From NCBI GenBank assembly GCA_041476545.1, contig JBGOTP010000003.1:1-47215 (forward strand): a stretch of DNA of 47,215 nucleotides. Direction: 5' to 3'. This DNA comes from Vicinamibacteria bacterium (GTDB lineage: Bacteria > Acidobacteriota > Vicinamibacteria > Vicinamibacterales > CAVVIG01). The notes under the pieces are model-generated. The model saw only the letters and a program-made list of their open reading frames with translations. It was not told the DNA's origin and made no database searches. A program made the translations under genes and the position numbers. Below, piece after piece: positions 27,720 to 36,493 of the stretch (positions are counted from its first letter, which is position 1; each line of letters opens with the position of its first letter).

Positions 27720-29315
27720 CTACCTGTTCAATGCGCGCGCGGCCACGAAGGCTTCGATGGCCGCCTGGTCGGGTTTCGTGAACTGCACACCCGCCCGATA
27801 GCCGAGCGACCGGCCCGCCGCGCGCGGTTCGAACCGCGCCCACATGACCTTGCCCGTGCACGCGATCGGCGCCTCCGCCCCTGGCAACAGCACCTTCACA
27901 ACCTGGTTTGGCTTCACCGCGGATGACGACACGAGCTGGCATCCGCAGGCCGAGAGATCAACCAGAGTACCGACGTCCCCGTTGATCTGCACCTCAATCG
28001 GTTCATGAAACACATGCCGAACCGCGAGTCGAACAGGTCCCCATCCGTCCGCACTCGACGCCTGCGGAGAGAGAGTCGCGGACGGGGCCGCGGCTAGGCC
28101 TGGGGACGGCGCTGGTTCGGTCTGCGGTGACGACGCGTCGCTTCCGATGGTTCCGACGACGCCGGCGTGCGAGTCCGCCATCGAGCCTGGAGCGGCCGGC
28201 GTCGACGCCACCGGGCGCGGTTGCTCGGAGGATTTCAAGAGCTGTCGCGCGGCCTGCAGGTCGGAGGCGAGGGAGTCGCGTTCCCGTGCAAGAGACTCGA
28301 GTTGCGCGTCAAGGCCCTGGCGCGCGTGATCTGCATCCATGCGCGCTTCTTCCGCGTCCTTGCGCGTGTGTTCCGCGCGCAGCCGTTCCGCGTCGAGCAT
28401 TTCGAGACGAGATCCTGCCGCGACGAGGTCACGGCGCACCGCGTCAGCCTCGGCGCGGGCCGCGGCCAGTTCCTGTTGCAGCTCGCTCTGGCTCGCGGAG
28501 ATCCGCGCCTGGTTGCTGGCCGCGTTCGTCAGCTCCTGCTCCGCGTGCGCAATCGCTCGCCGGAGGTCGGCGCTGACCCCACGTTCCGCGTCGAGCAGCG
28601 ATTGTGTTTTCACGTTGTCGCGCTGGAGCGCCGCCGCCGTCTCGCGTTCCCGGACGAGGTTTGCTGTGAGGGCTTCCTGGGCCGTCCAGGCCTGCGCTTT
28701 TTCGCGCTCGAGCGTGGCCGACAGTGTCTGGGCGCGTTCGACAGCCAGACGCAGGTCGGCGCCGGCGGCGCGTTCGGCTTGCAGCTGCTGCTCGGTGGCG
28801 GCCGCGGCGCGTTCCATCGCCGCGCGCAGGTCGGCACTGACCGTGCGCTCGGCCTGCAACTGCCGCTCCGCGTCCAGGACCGCGCCGGCCGCGTCCGCTC
28901 GCTCGCGGGCGATCTCCCCTTCCAGATCTTCGCGGAGCGTCCGGGCCCGCGCAAGCTGCTCCTGTTCGAGGTTCGCGATCGCCTGTCGCCCCTGCTCAAC
29001 AACCCGGTGGAGCTCGGCGTTGGCGGCGCGCTCGTGGTCGATTGCCTCCTGCGCCACGGCTCGCGCGTGCGCAACCCCGGCGTCGGCCTCCAGCTTCGTG
29101 TCAAGGCACACCGTCAGCGCCGCCGCCTGTGCCTCCTCGGTGGCGACGCGTGCCAGCTCGACGATCAGTCCCTCGAGCGCCTCGCCACGCGCCGGGTCGG
29201 CGATCGCTGTTTCCAGCGCCGAAAGGCGGACCACAAGGGCATCTCGCAGGGAGTCGAGCTGCTGCTGAGCTCGGTCGGAAGTCGTATCGTGCAGCTTTTC
29301 AAGCAACGCATCCAT
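27720..29315 (-). CDS. Long coiled-coil protein with C-terminal PilZ domain
   Basis: About 350 aa of A/E/R/Q-rich helix, a P/S/A linker, then RLAVR (RxxxR), DLSACG (DxSxxG) and AGVQF. Confidence 0.8.
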   Translation of the reverse strand: MDALLEKLHDTTSDRAQQQLDSLRDALVVRLSALETAIADPARGEALEGLIVELARVATEEAQAAALTVCLDTKLEADAGVAHARAVAQEAIDHERAANAELHRVVEQGRQAIANLEQEQLARARTLREDLEGEIARERADAAGAVLDAERQLQAERTVSADLRAAMERAAAATEQQLQAERAAGADLRLAVERAQTLSATLEREKAQAWTAQEALTANLVRERETAAALQRDNVKTQSLLDAERGVSADLRRAIAHAEQELTNAASNQARISASQSELQQELAAARAEADAVRRDLVAAGSRLEMLDAERLRAEHTRKDAEEARMDADHARQGLDAQLESLARERDSLASDLQAARQLLKSSEQPRPVASTPAAPGSMADSHAGVVGTIGSDASSPQTEPAPSPGLAAAPSATLSPQASSADGWGPVRLAVRHVFHEPIEVQINGDVGTLVDLSACGCQLVSSSAVKPNQVVKVLLPGAEAPIACTGKVMWARFEPRAAGRSLGYRAGVQFTKPDQAAIEAFVAARALNR

Positions 29316-29428
29316 AAGAGAGATCTATCGCAAGAGTTATCGGCGCGGCGCCGATAAAAGTACCCGAAGCCGATAAGGTACTGAACAGACACGAGCGCCG
29401 CGCGCGACGCGCAGCGCCGGGCAACCAT

Positions 29429-30787
29429 ATGCACACGCCGGACGCGGACAGAAACGCCTTGCGCGACGATCACGTTCGAGAAAATACGAATTCGTCCGGA
29501 CCGGACAAACGACAGCAGCACCTGCTCGCTGCCGCCGAAGTCCTTCGGACGTGGGTGCATGGCCGTCGCGCCACATGGCCGAAGCCGTCATCTGGACCGA
29601 TCGCCAGTGCACGATCTGGTCCGACCACCGCGTCGGTCTCGCCATCTGGCTTCCTGCCACCTACAGCAGTCGCGTCCTCGCCGTCCGAAGCCGTCGGGGC
29701 ACCGCACGCGCCGCAGCCGGCGCGTGCGTCACGGTCCTCGCGACCGTTGTCCCTGTCGATCTTGCCGCCGCTCTCGTCCGGGACAGAGGATGCCATTCCG
29801 TCGGTGCCGGAGAACGCCAGGCCACAACAGGTGTCCTCCGCGGGCGGTCTTCGCCAATGGACCTGGCGTGCGTCAATCGCCGCATCGATCGTCGCCATTC
29901 TGGGAGTCACCGGATGGAAGGTGCGCATGAACTGGCCGGCGGAAGGGAAGCTGGCGTTGGCCCTTGCCAAGGGGACCGCGGTCCTCGAGTCCGTGCCGGC
30001 CGGTTCGGCGGTGTTCATCGATGGGACCGAGGCAGGCCGGACGCCGCTCATGACCGAGTTGACCCCCGGCCGTCATGCCGTCGAGTTCCGGCGCCGGAAC
30101 GCCACGCGCACGCTGAACATCGCGGTCGTGACAGGACGGTCCGTCGTCGGGCGCCTCGACTGGAGCGCGAAGCGTCCTGGGAGTCTGGAGATCCTGTCGG
30201 ATCCTGACGGGGCGGAGGTCACCGTCGACGGTGTGGCGCGCGGCGTCACGCCGCTGACCATCGATGACCTGAGCGCGGGTTCGCACGTGGTCGGGCTGAC
30301 CGGCCGTAGCGGCTCGCTGCAAAGGACCGTGGAAGTCGGGCCCGATCGCGTTGCCCAAATCGCTGAATCGATCCGCTCAGGGTGGGTGCACGTGTCCGCG
30401 CCGATTGATCTCGACATCGTGGACGGTACGCGGCCGGTTCAACTGGATGAACGGAATCAGGTGTTGCTGCGGTCTGGTGTGCACGATCTGCGGTTCGAAA
30501 ACACCCAGCTCGGCTACCGTGACCGGCGCAAGGTCGACGTCAAGGCCGGCGCGATCACGTCCATCTCGATCGTCCCGCCCGGATCGCCACTGACTGTCAG
30601 CGCGACCCTGCCGTCCGACGTGCTCGTTGATGGAGAACGCGTCGGCAACACGCCGCTGACGGATCACTATGTCGACCTCGGTCCTCGTCTCGTGACTGTC
30701 CGAAGCATCACCGGGGCCGAACGCCGCTTCACCATCACGGCCACGGTGAACCCCAGCCGACTCGCCGTGGATTTCTCGAAGCCGTGA
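29429..30787 (+). CDS. Single-pass membrane protein with PEGA repeats (start uncertain)
   Basis: Low-complexity N-terminus, one TM, then repeats SVPAGSAVFIDG..GRTPL / SDPDGAEVTVDG..GVTPL / VLVDG..GNTPL. Confidence 0.8.
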   Translation: MHTPDADRNALRDDHVRENTNSSGPDKRQQHLLAAAEVLRTWVHGRRATWPKPSSGPIASARSGPTTASVSPSGFLPPTAVASSPSEAVGAPHAPQPARASRSSRPLSLSILPPLSSGTEDAIPSVPENARPQQVSSAGGLRQWTWRASIAASIVAILGVTGWKVRMNWPAEGKLALALAKGTAVLESVPAGSAVFIDGTEAGRTPLMTELTPGRHAVEFRRRNATRTLNIAVVTGRSVVGRLDWSAKRPGSLEILSDPDGAEVTVDGVARGVTPLTIDDLSAGSHVVGLTGRSGSLQRTVEVGPDRVAQIAESIRSGWVHVSAPIDLDIVDGTRPVQLDERNQVLLRSGVHDLRFENTQLGYRDRRKVDVKAGAITSISIVPPGSPLTVSATLPSDVLVDGERVGNTPLTDHYVDLGPRLVTVRSITGAERRFTITATVNPSRLAVDFSKP

Positions 30788-30801
30788 AGTAAAGTAGACC
30801 G

Positions 30802-31377
30802 ATGGCCAGCCTGATTGAAGCCATCGGGATCAAACGGAAGATGTACTTCGAGTTCGAGGGCGCGCCCTTTCATTGCCTCGAGGTCGAGGTATCGAAGCCC
30901 ACGGCGCGGGGCGGTCAGACGCTCGTGCGCATCAAGATGCGCAATCTCCTCACGCGCGCCGTCTTCGACAAGACGTTCAAGGCCGGCGAGAAGTTCAAGG
31001 AGCCCGATCTGGCGATGGTGCCGGCATCGTACCTGTACTCCGGCGGCGACGGCCATAACTTCATGGATCAGGAAACGTTCGAGACGATCACCCTCGGACC
31101 GGATCTGGTGGGCGACGACCGACAGCTGCTTGTCGATAACCTGGTTGTGCAGATCCAGAAGTTCAACGGCAATCCGATTGGTCTGCAGTTTCCACCCCAC
31201 GTGGAGCTGACCGTCACCTCCACCGAGCCGGGCGCGCGAGGCGACACGGCCAGTGGCACTGTCACCAAACCGGCCGTGTTGGAAACAGGCCTCCAGATTC
31301 GTGTCCCCCTCTTCATCAAAGAAGGGGAGAAGGTCAAGGTTCACACCGAGACGCGGGAGTTCGCGGGAAGGGCCTGA
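30802..31377 (+). CDS. efpL: Elongation factor P family protein with EfpL/YeiP-type loop
   Basis: EF-P motifs FMDQETFE, PGARGDTA, KPAVLETG and VPLFI. The loop reads KPTARGG rather than PGKG. Confidence 0.8.
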   Translation: MASLIEAIGIKRKMYFEFEGAPFHCLEVEVSKPTARGGQTLVRIKMRNLLTRAVFDKTFKAGEKFKEPDLAMVPASYLYSGGDGHNFMDQETFETITLGPDLVGDDRQLLVDNLVVQIQKFNGNPIGLQFPPHVELTVTSTEPGARGDTASGTVTKPAVLETGLQIRVPLFIKEGEKVKVHTETREFAGRA

Positions 31378-31475
31378 ACACCGCGACATCCTCGGCTACG
31401 TATCCTTGCACTCTGCAGGTTCGCTGACTCGCCACAACGGCTGCGACGGTCCGCTGAAGGCGTGCGTCCACGAGG

Positions 31476-31530
31476 CCGCGCGCTCCACTACCAGGTAAAC
31501 GCGCCTCGACGCGGTAGAATGGAGCGCCGG
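31476..31530. other. Imperfect stem-loop upstream of the sORF and DAHP synthase
   Basis: gcgctcca-ctacc (31480-31492) pairs with ggtag-(aa)-tggagcgc (31513-31527); it overlaps a TAGAAT -10-like hexamer. Confidence 0.5.
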
Positions 31531-31562
31531 TGCCGTTGTGCCGGCCAAGAAGGAGGGACGTG

Positions 31563-31619
31563 ATGGGAAAAAGTACCGACATGAAGAAGGAAAAGAAAAA
31601 GCCGAAGAAGAAACGGTAA
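31563..31619 (+). CDS. 18-aa Lys-rich small ORF, MGKSTDMKKEKKKPKKKR
   Basis: SD AGGAGG at 31551-31556, 6 nt before the ATG; the TAA is 3 nt before the DAHP synthase ATG. Confidence 0.6.
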   Translation: MGKSTDMKKEKKKPKKKR

Positions 31620-31622
31620 CGG

Positions 31623-32693
31623 ATGTTCAAGCAGACCGATGACCTCCGCATCACGGAGGTCCGGCCCCTCATTCCGCCCGCGATTCTGCTCGACGAGATC
31701 CCGATCAGCGAACGGGCATCCAACGTCGTCGCCGATGCGCGGGCGGCGATTGCCCATGCGCTCGAGGGCCGTGATCCGCGGCTCGTCATCGTCGCCGGAC
31801 CGTGTTCCATTCATGATACGAAGGCGGCGATCGAGTACGCGGAACGGCTCCGGCGCCTGGCGGAGCGCTATGCGGACCACCTCATCGTGGTCATGCGCAG
31901 CTATTTCGAGAAGCCGCGCACCTCGGTCGGCTGGAAGGGGCTCATCAACGATCCCGATCTGGATGAAAGCTTCCACATCAACAAGGGGCTCCGGCAGGCC
32001 CGCCGGCTGCTGCTCGAGGTAAACGAGATGGGGCTGCCGACCGGGTCCGAGTTTCTCGATACGCAGATCCCCCAGCACATCGCGGACCTGACGTCCTGGG
32101 TGGCGATCGGTGCGCGGACGACCGAGAGCCAGGTCCATCGCGAGCTCGCCTCGGGTCTGTCCATGCCGGTCGGATTCAAGAACGGCACGGACGGGAATAC
32201 GCAGACCGCCATCGATGCGGTGCTCGCCGCGCGTTCGCCGCACTGGTTCCCGTCGGTCACCAAGCAGGGTGTCTCGGCCATCTTCCAGACGAAGGGAAAC
32301 GATACCTGCCATGTGATTCTGCGCGGCGGTACCAGTACCGGTCCGAATCACGAGGCCAGGCACGTGAGCGCCGTTTCCGCCGCACTCGAGGCCAGGGGGC
32401 TGCCCGACGCCGTGATGATCGACTGCTCGCACGGCAACAGCTTGAAGGACTATCGCAGGCAGGGCGAGGTGGCGTTGTCGATCTGCCAGCAGGTGGCTTC
32501 CGGATCGCGACAGATTTTTGGAGCCATGCTCGAGAGTCACCTGGTTGCGGGGCGGCAGGACTACGTGCCGGGCAAACCCGCGGTCTACGGCCAGAGCATC
32601 ACGGATGCCTGCATTTCACTGGAGCAAACCGAGCCACTGCTCGAACAGTTCGCGAAGGCCCAGCAGGCCCGGGGGGACGATGCCAAGCCCTGA
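31623..32693 (+). CDS. 3-deoxy-7-phosphoheptulonate (DAHP) synthase, class I-alpha (AroF/G/H type)
   Basis: DDLRI, GPCSIHD, YFEKPRTSVGWKGL, AIGARTTESQVHR, GFKNGT, DCSHGN, YGQSITDAC. Confidence 0.96.
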   Translation: MFKQTDDLRITEVRPLIPPAILLDEIPISERASNVVADARAAIAHALEGRDPRLVIVAGPCSIHDTKAAIEYAERLRRLAERYADHLIVVMRSYFEKPRTSVGWKGLINDPDLDESFHINKGLRQARRLLLEVNEMGLPTGSEFLDTQIPQHIADLTSWVAIGARTTESQVHRELASGLSMPVGFKNGTDGNTQTAIDAVLAARSPHWFPSVTKQGVSAIFQTKGNDTCHVILRGGTSTGPNHEARHVSAVSAALEARGLPDAVMIDCSHGNSLKDYRRQGEVALSICQQVASGSRQIFGAMLESHLVAGRQDYVPGKPAVYGQSITDACISLEQTEPLLEQFAKAQQARGDDAKP

Positions 32694-32722
32694 ACCTCGC
32701 AGGGCGATGGTCTTTGCCTGTG

Positions 32723-34687
32723 CTACGGCCTGGTCGACGCCGCCGGCCAGCTATTGCGCCACTGATCCTCGGCGCGTTTCAGGATCGCCGATGCGTCCCC
32801 CGACAGCAGGTAACGGCCCTGGACAAGGCGATCGGTCGCCTCGCGCGAGAGCTTGAGATACTCATCCGCCGACCGATAGCGCTCTTCGAGCGACCGCCGT
32901 GGGTCGTGCGCCGCCTCGCGCGCCGCGCGCGTCGTTGGAAACGGCACGGCTGAACCGAGCAGGTTCACGACGAGGCTCGATCCGCCTGTCGCCGGATTGC
33001 GGTAGTTCCACCCCGTGTAGGTCGCCACGGGCACGGCCACCTCCGGAAGACGGAGCCCAGCCTTGTCGTTTCCGTCTTCGTCCACCTGAGGGACGAGAAA
33101 CGGAATCGGCTTGCCGTCCTGGCGCCCCGCGGGAATCGTCTTCGGCGACCGCACGCCCGGAATGGCGGGAAACGCCACGAGCTCAACGGGCACCAACGTG
33201 CCGTCGGCCAGCTTCGGATACTGACTCGCCGGCGGCTCGACGCCCTGGCGCACCCACTGGTCCATCGCAACGAACAACGCACGCAGCGACCACCAGTAGT
33301 CGGTCGTGTTATACGGCTGCTGTCCCGTCACCGTTCGGGACGGAAACCGCCCGGGCGAATGCTGGGTGCCCGAGAAGTAGTACACGCGGACGTTCGCGGG
33401 AAGCGGCAGATCTTTCTTCCCGTCCGCCGTCGTCGTGATGAGCGGCGCGGCCCGTCCACCGCCCCAATGCTCGACCGACGAGTTGGTGAAGAAGATCTTC
33501 GGCTGGTTCAGGCGCGCGCGGTCGTTCTCCAGCAGCCCGTCGGTGCGTCCACTAATGGGATCGCGCTGGCTCGTCGCTGCAAACGGAAACGTCGTACCAG
33601 TGAACATCGCGAGGGCGTTCGGCGTGCCGAACCGCTTGTTCACATCCAGACGAGCCGCGCCGGCGATGTGCGCCATCACGGCATCGTAGACCTGTACGCC
33701 GTGTTCGTCCGTATTGAAGCCGTCGTAGAGGAAGGCGCGCAGGAAGCGTCCGCTTTGTGACGACCCGAAGGCATAGGCATAACGCGCCTTCGCGAGCGCA
33801 TCCGGTGCGTGCTTGATCCAGGACGTGACGTCGCGGAAGCCCGCGAGCCCGAGCCCGCTGATTGGCGGATCGGCAGCGCGATAGCTGATCTCATACATGC
33901 GCCCCGGTTCGAATCCGCCGGGCATCGACACGACGTTGCGCTCAATGCTCCACCGGCTGCGCGCGACGACTTCCGGCGGGCCGAACACCTCGTCCCGAAC
34001 GGTGAGGGTGGTGTCGGGCGCATTGGGATCGACCGCCGCGTACGCGAGCAAATCGGCGACCGTCTGGTTCGGTCGGCGATCGCAGGGCGTGAAGACAGCG
34101 CTCACCATCCCGGTCACGCCCTTGGCCTTGGGCAGGTCGACACCCATCACCCCGGCGCGGCGCCTGATGTCGGCTTCCCAGCCGACCCACACGAGGGTCA
34201 TTCCGCGATCGGTGAGGAATCCGTCGCCGAGATTGGGATCAGCGTCCGCGGCCGCAGCATTCTGAGCGCGCGCAGCGGCCGCTGCCGTCGGGCATGGACT
34301 CGCGGCATCGGTGCTGTCAACCGTGCTCGCGACACGACTGAATCGCATGGTGGTCTTTCGTCCACGGTTCACGACGTCCACCAACGCGACGCCGTTGGAC
34401 TTGGCCGCGTCCAGGGGTCGCATGATGTAGAGGTCCGCTGAGAACTCGACCTTCCCCTCGGTATTGACCGGCGCCTTGTCGATGTCGGCGATAACCCGGT
34501 TGCGGGGGTCCTTCGGATCGACGGCAAAGTGAACGATGCCAATGATCTTCTCGTAGCCGGACGTGCCGACCGCCGCACGCGTGATTACCTCGACGCGCGT
34601 GACCTCGGCGTTGGCAGTTGGCGCGGCGACGACCAGCGTCGCCAGGAGGAAGGCGGCGATTCGGACGAGTCCAGTCCTGAGCATCAT
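32723..34687 (-). CDS. Secreted alpha/beta-hydrolase-domain protein
   Basis: Signal peptide MMLRTGLVRIAAF...ANA, NRGRK, nucleophile motif GSSQSGRFLR, SGTQH, PQVDEDGND, DPRRSLEERY. The ORF-track N-extension is epimerase sequence. Confidence 0.82.
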   Translation of the reverse strand: MMLRTGLVRIAAFLLATLVVAAPTANAEVTRVEVITRAAVGTSGYEKIIGIVHFAVDPKDPRNRVIADIDKAPVNTEGKVEFSADLYIMRPLDAAKSNGVALVDVVNRGRKTTMRFSRVASTVDSTDAASPCPTAAAAARAQNAAAADADPNLGDGFLTDRGMTLVWVGWEADIRRRAGVMGVDLPKAKGVTGMVSAVFTPCDRRPNQTVADLLAYAAVDPNAPDTTLTVRDEVFGPPEVVARSRWSIERNVVSMPGGFEPGRMYEISYRAADPPISGLGLAGFRDVTSWIKHAPDALAKARYAYAFGSSQSGRFLRAFLYDGFNTDEHGVQVYDAVMAHIAGAARLDVNKRFGTPNALAMFTGTTFPFAATSQRDPISGRTDGLLENDRARLNQPKIFFTNSSVEHWGGGRAAPLITTTADGKKDLPLPANVRVYYFSGTQHSPGRFPSRTVTGQQPYNTTDYWWSLRALFVAMDQWVRQGVEPPASQYPKLADGTLVPVELVAFPAIPGVRSPKTIPAGRQDGKPIPFLVPQVDEDGNDKAGLRLPEVAVPVATYTGWNYRNPATGGSSLVVNLLGSAVPFPTTRAAREAAHDPRRSLEERYRSADEYLKLSREATDRLVQGRYLLSGDASAILKRAEDQWRNSWPAASTRP

Positions 34688-34725
34688 GCCGGGAGTATAC
34701 AATCCCGGCACCGGCCGGAGAAGGA

Positions 34726-35670
34726 TTACGCGAATGCGGGACTTTCGCTGCGGCACCACGCGAGTGTCCTCCGCAGTCCGTCTTCGAGGGACAACCACCG
34801 GTGAGTAGTCGAGAAGCGTCTTCGCCTTCGTGATGTCGGCCTGCGAGTTCATGACGTCGCCCTGCCGCGCGTCCTTGTAAATCGGCTCGAGGTTCGTCCC
34901 GACGCTGCGGTTCATGACGCGGAGGAGCTCGTTGAGCGAGATACGGGCGCCTGTGGCGATGTCGACCGTTTCACCCGCTGCCGCCGGCGCCGTGCAGGCG
35001 CGCAGCACGCCATCGACCACATTGGCCACATACGTGAAGTCGCGCGTCTGCTCGCCATCGCCGTAGATGGTCGGCCAGCGCCCTTCGAGCAGCGCGGTCG
35101 CAAAGAGCGAGATGACCCCCGAGTAGGGCGACCCCGGATCCTGGCGCGGCCCGAACACGTTGAAATAGCGAGTGGCCGTCGTCTCGAAGCCATAGAGGCT
35201 CGTAAACATCGGCAGTACGCGGTCCCAACGACCTTCTGGAGCGCGTAGGGCGTCAGCGGGCTGGGCGGCATGTCTTCGCGCTTGGGCTGCTCGGGCGCGT
35301 TGCCGTATTCGGCCGACGAGCTCGCGAAGACGAGGCGCCTGACGCCCGCGTCGCGCGCGGCCACCAGGACGTTGAGCGTCGCGGTGACGTTCGCGTGATT
35401 CGATTCGACAGGGTCCTTCACCGATCGCGGGACCGATGCGATGGCCGCCTCGTGCAACACGTAGTCGACGCCGGCGACCACACGCGTTCGCGACGGCCAG
35501 GTCGGTGAGGTCGCCTTCGATGAATTCCACGCCGGGAATATGCGCAAGGTTCCGGCGATGGCCCGTGCTCAGATTGTCGATGACACGGACCCGGTGATTG
35601 CGACCGACGAGCTCCTCCGCCAGATGCGATCCGATGAAGCCTGCGCCGCGGTGACAAGGTAGGAGGCCAT
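34726..35670 (-). pseudogene. Frameshifted NAD-dependent UDP-sugar 4-epimerase (extended SDR; WbpP/GalE/PelX-like)
   Basis: Reconstructed across frames as MASYLVT[G]GAGFIGSHL...HEAAIASVPRS...SSSAEYG...YALQK...RYFNVFGPRQDP...TRDFTYV...LEDGLRRTLAW, which needs four 1-nt indels (~35650, ~35488, ~35210, ~34794). Confidence 0.8.
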
Positions 35671-35673
35671 TCT

Positions 35674-36057
35674 CTAAACGTCCCGGTGCGGGTCTGTCGC
35701 CACGTAATGCTCGAGGACGCCGCGCACCAGTCTGAACTCCTCAACGAGCCGCTGTACGGCCGAATCGGCCTCGCTGAGGTGACCGGCGTCCAGGGCCGCT
35801 TTCAGCTCGAGCGCCAGGACGCGCATGCGGGCGGCGCCGACAGCCCCGCACGAACCAATGAGGTTGTGTGCAATGAAGTGCAACGTGGCCAGGTTCGCGT
35901 CGCTGATTGCGGCCGTGGCTTGAGTCAGAAACTTGTCGGTATCCTCGATAAACATGCCCACGATTTGTGGCAGGAGATCGCCTCCCTCGTCCTGGTGGCC
36001 GGCAAAAACCTCCAACGGCCTCATGTCGAACGTCGGGGTGCTCGTGCTCAAGGGCAT
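35674..36057 (-). CDS. Stand-alone Hpt (histidine phosphotransfer) protein
   Basis: All-helical ~127 aa with AHNLIGSCGAVGA, a variant of the HxLKGS motif. Confidence 0.8.
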   Translation of the reverse strand: MPLSTSTPTFDMRPLEVFAGHQDEGGDLLPQIVGMFIEDTDKFLTQATAAISDANLATLHFIAHNLIGSCGAVGAARMRVLALELKAALDAGHLSEADSAVQRLVEEFRLVRGVLEHYVATDPHRDV

Positions 36058-36322
36058 ATTCGATCTCGCTTGACGGTGAATCGTGAACCTGGCGGACTGA
36101 GCAATCGCCCAGCCAACCTCAGACACGCGGCAAACCGCCGGCAATTCCCTGGCGTACCTGTGCGGCCGGGAAGGCAGCGTGCGCCTACGGCCCATCGATG
36201 GACCTGGAGTGTGCCACCAGCGCTCACGTCCCCCGCACACTTCTGAGTCCTCGCGCGTCCCGCATCCGGCCCTGGCAGCCCTCAAACGGCCAGCTTGCGC
36301 AGGCGTGCGTGCCGCGCAACCT

Positions 36323-36362
36323 CAGTGTGCGGTGCGGCTTGGCCGCAGTGTGCGGTGTGGCT
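36323..36362. promoter_or_regulatory. 17-bp direct repeat at 23-bp spacing in the divergent promoter region
   Basis: cagtgtgcggtgcggct (36323) and cagtgtgcggtgtggct (36346), one mismatch. Confidence 0.5.
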
Positions 36363-36493
36363 GACCGCGTCTGGCGTGTGCAAGGCATCGCGCGAGGGTT
36401 CTGGGATGAGCGCCACGTGGCAGGGGAACAGCCTATGCAGCGTAGCTCGCGGCGGGGTGTGGCAACAGATCGTCTTTGGAGGACAACCAATCC

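Noticed and set aside
32723-35530. 935-aa epimerase-hydrolase fusion in the ORF track
   Set aside because: It is produced by the epimerase frameshifts. The hydrolase has its own signal peptide and a -10 box just before ATG 34687.
36125-36195. GGCAAACC upstream of the pel operon, resembling a c-di-GMP-I riboswitch
   Set aside because: The following GNRA-capped stem and GACGCAAAG segment are not present. An Rfam/Infernal scan would settle it.
36371-36432. Two GG-N10-GC sigma54-like spacings
   Set aside because: Both lack the TTGC and CAC consensus bases and are expected by chance at this GC content.
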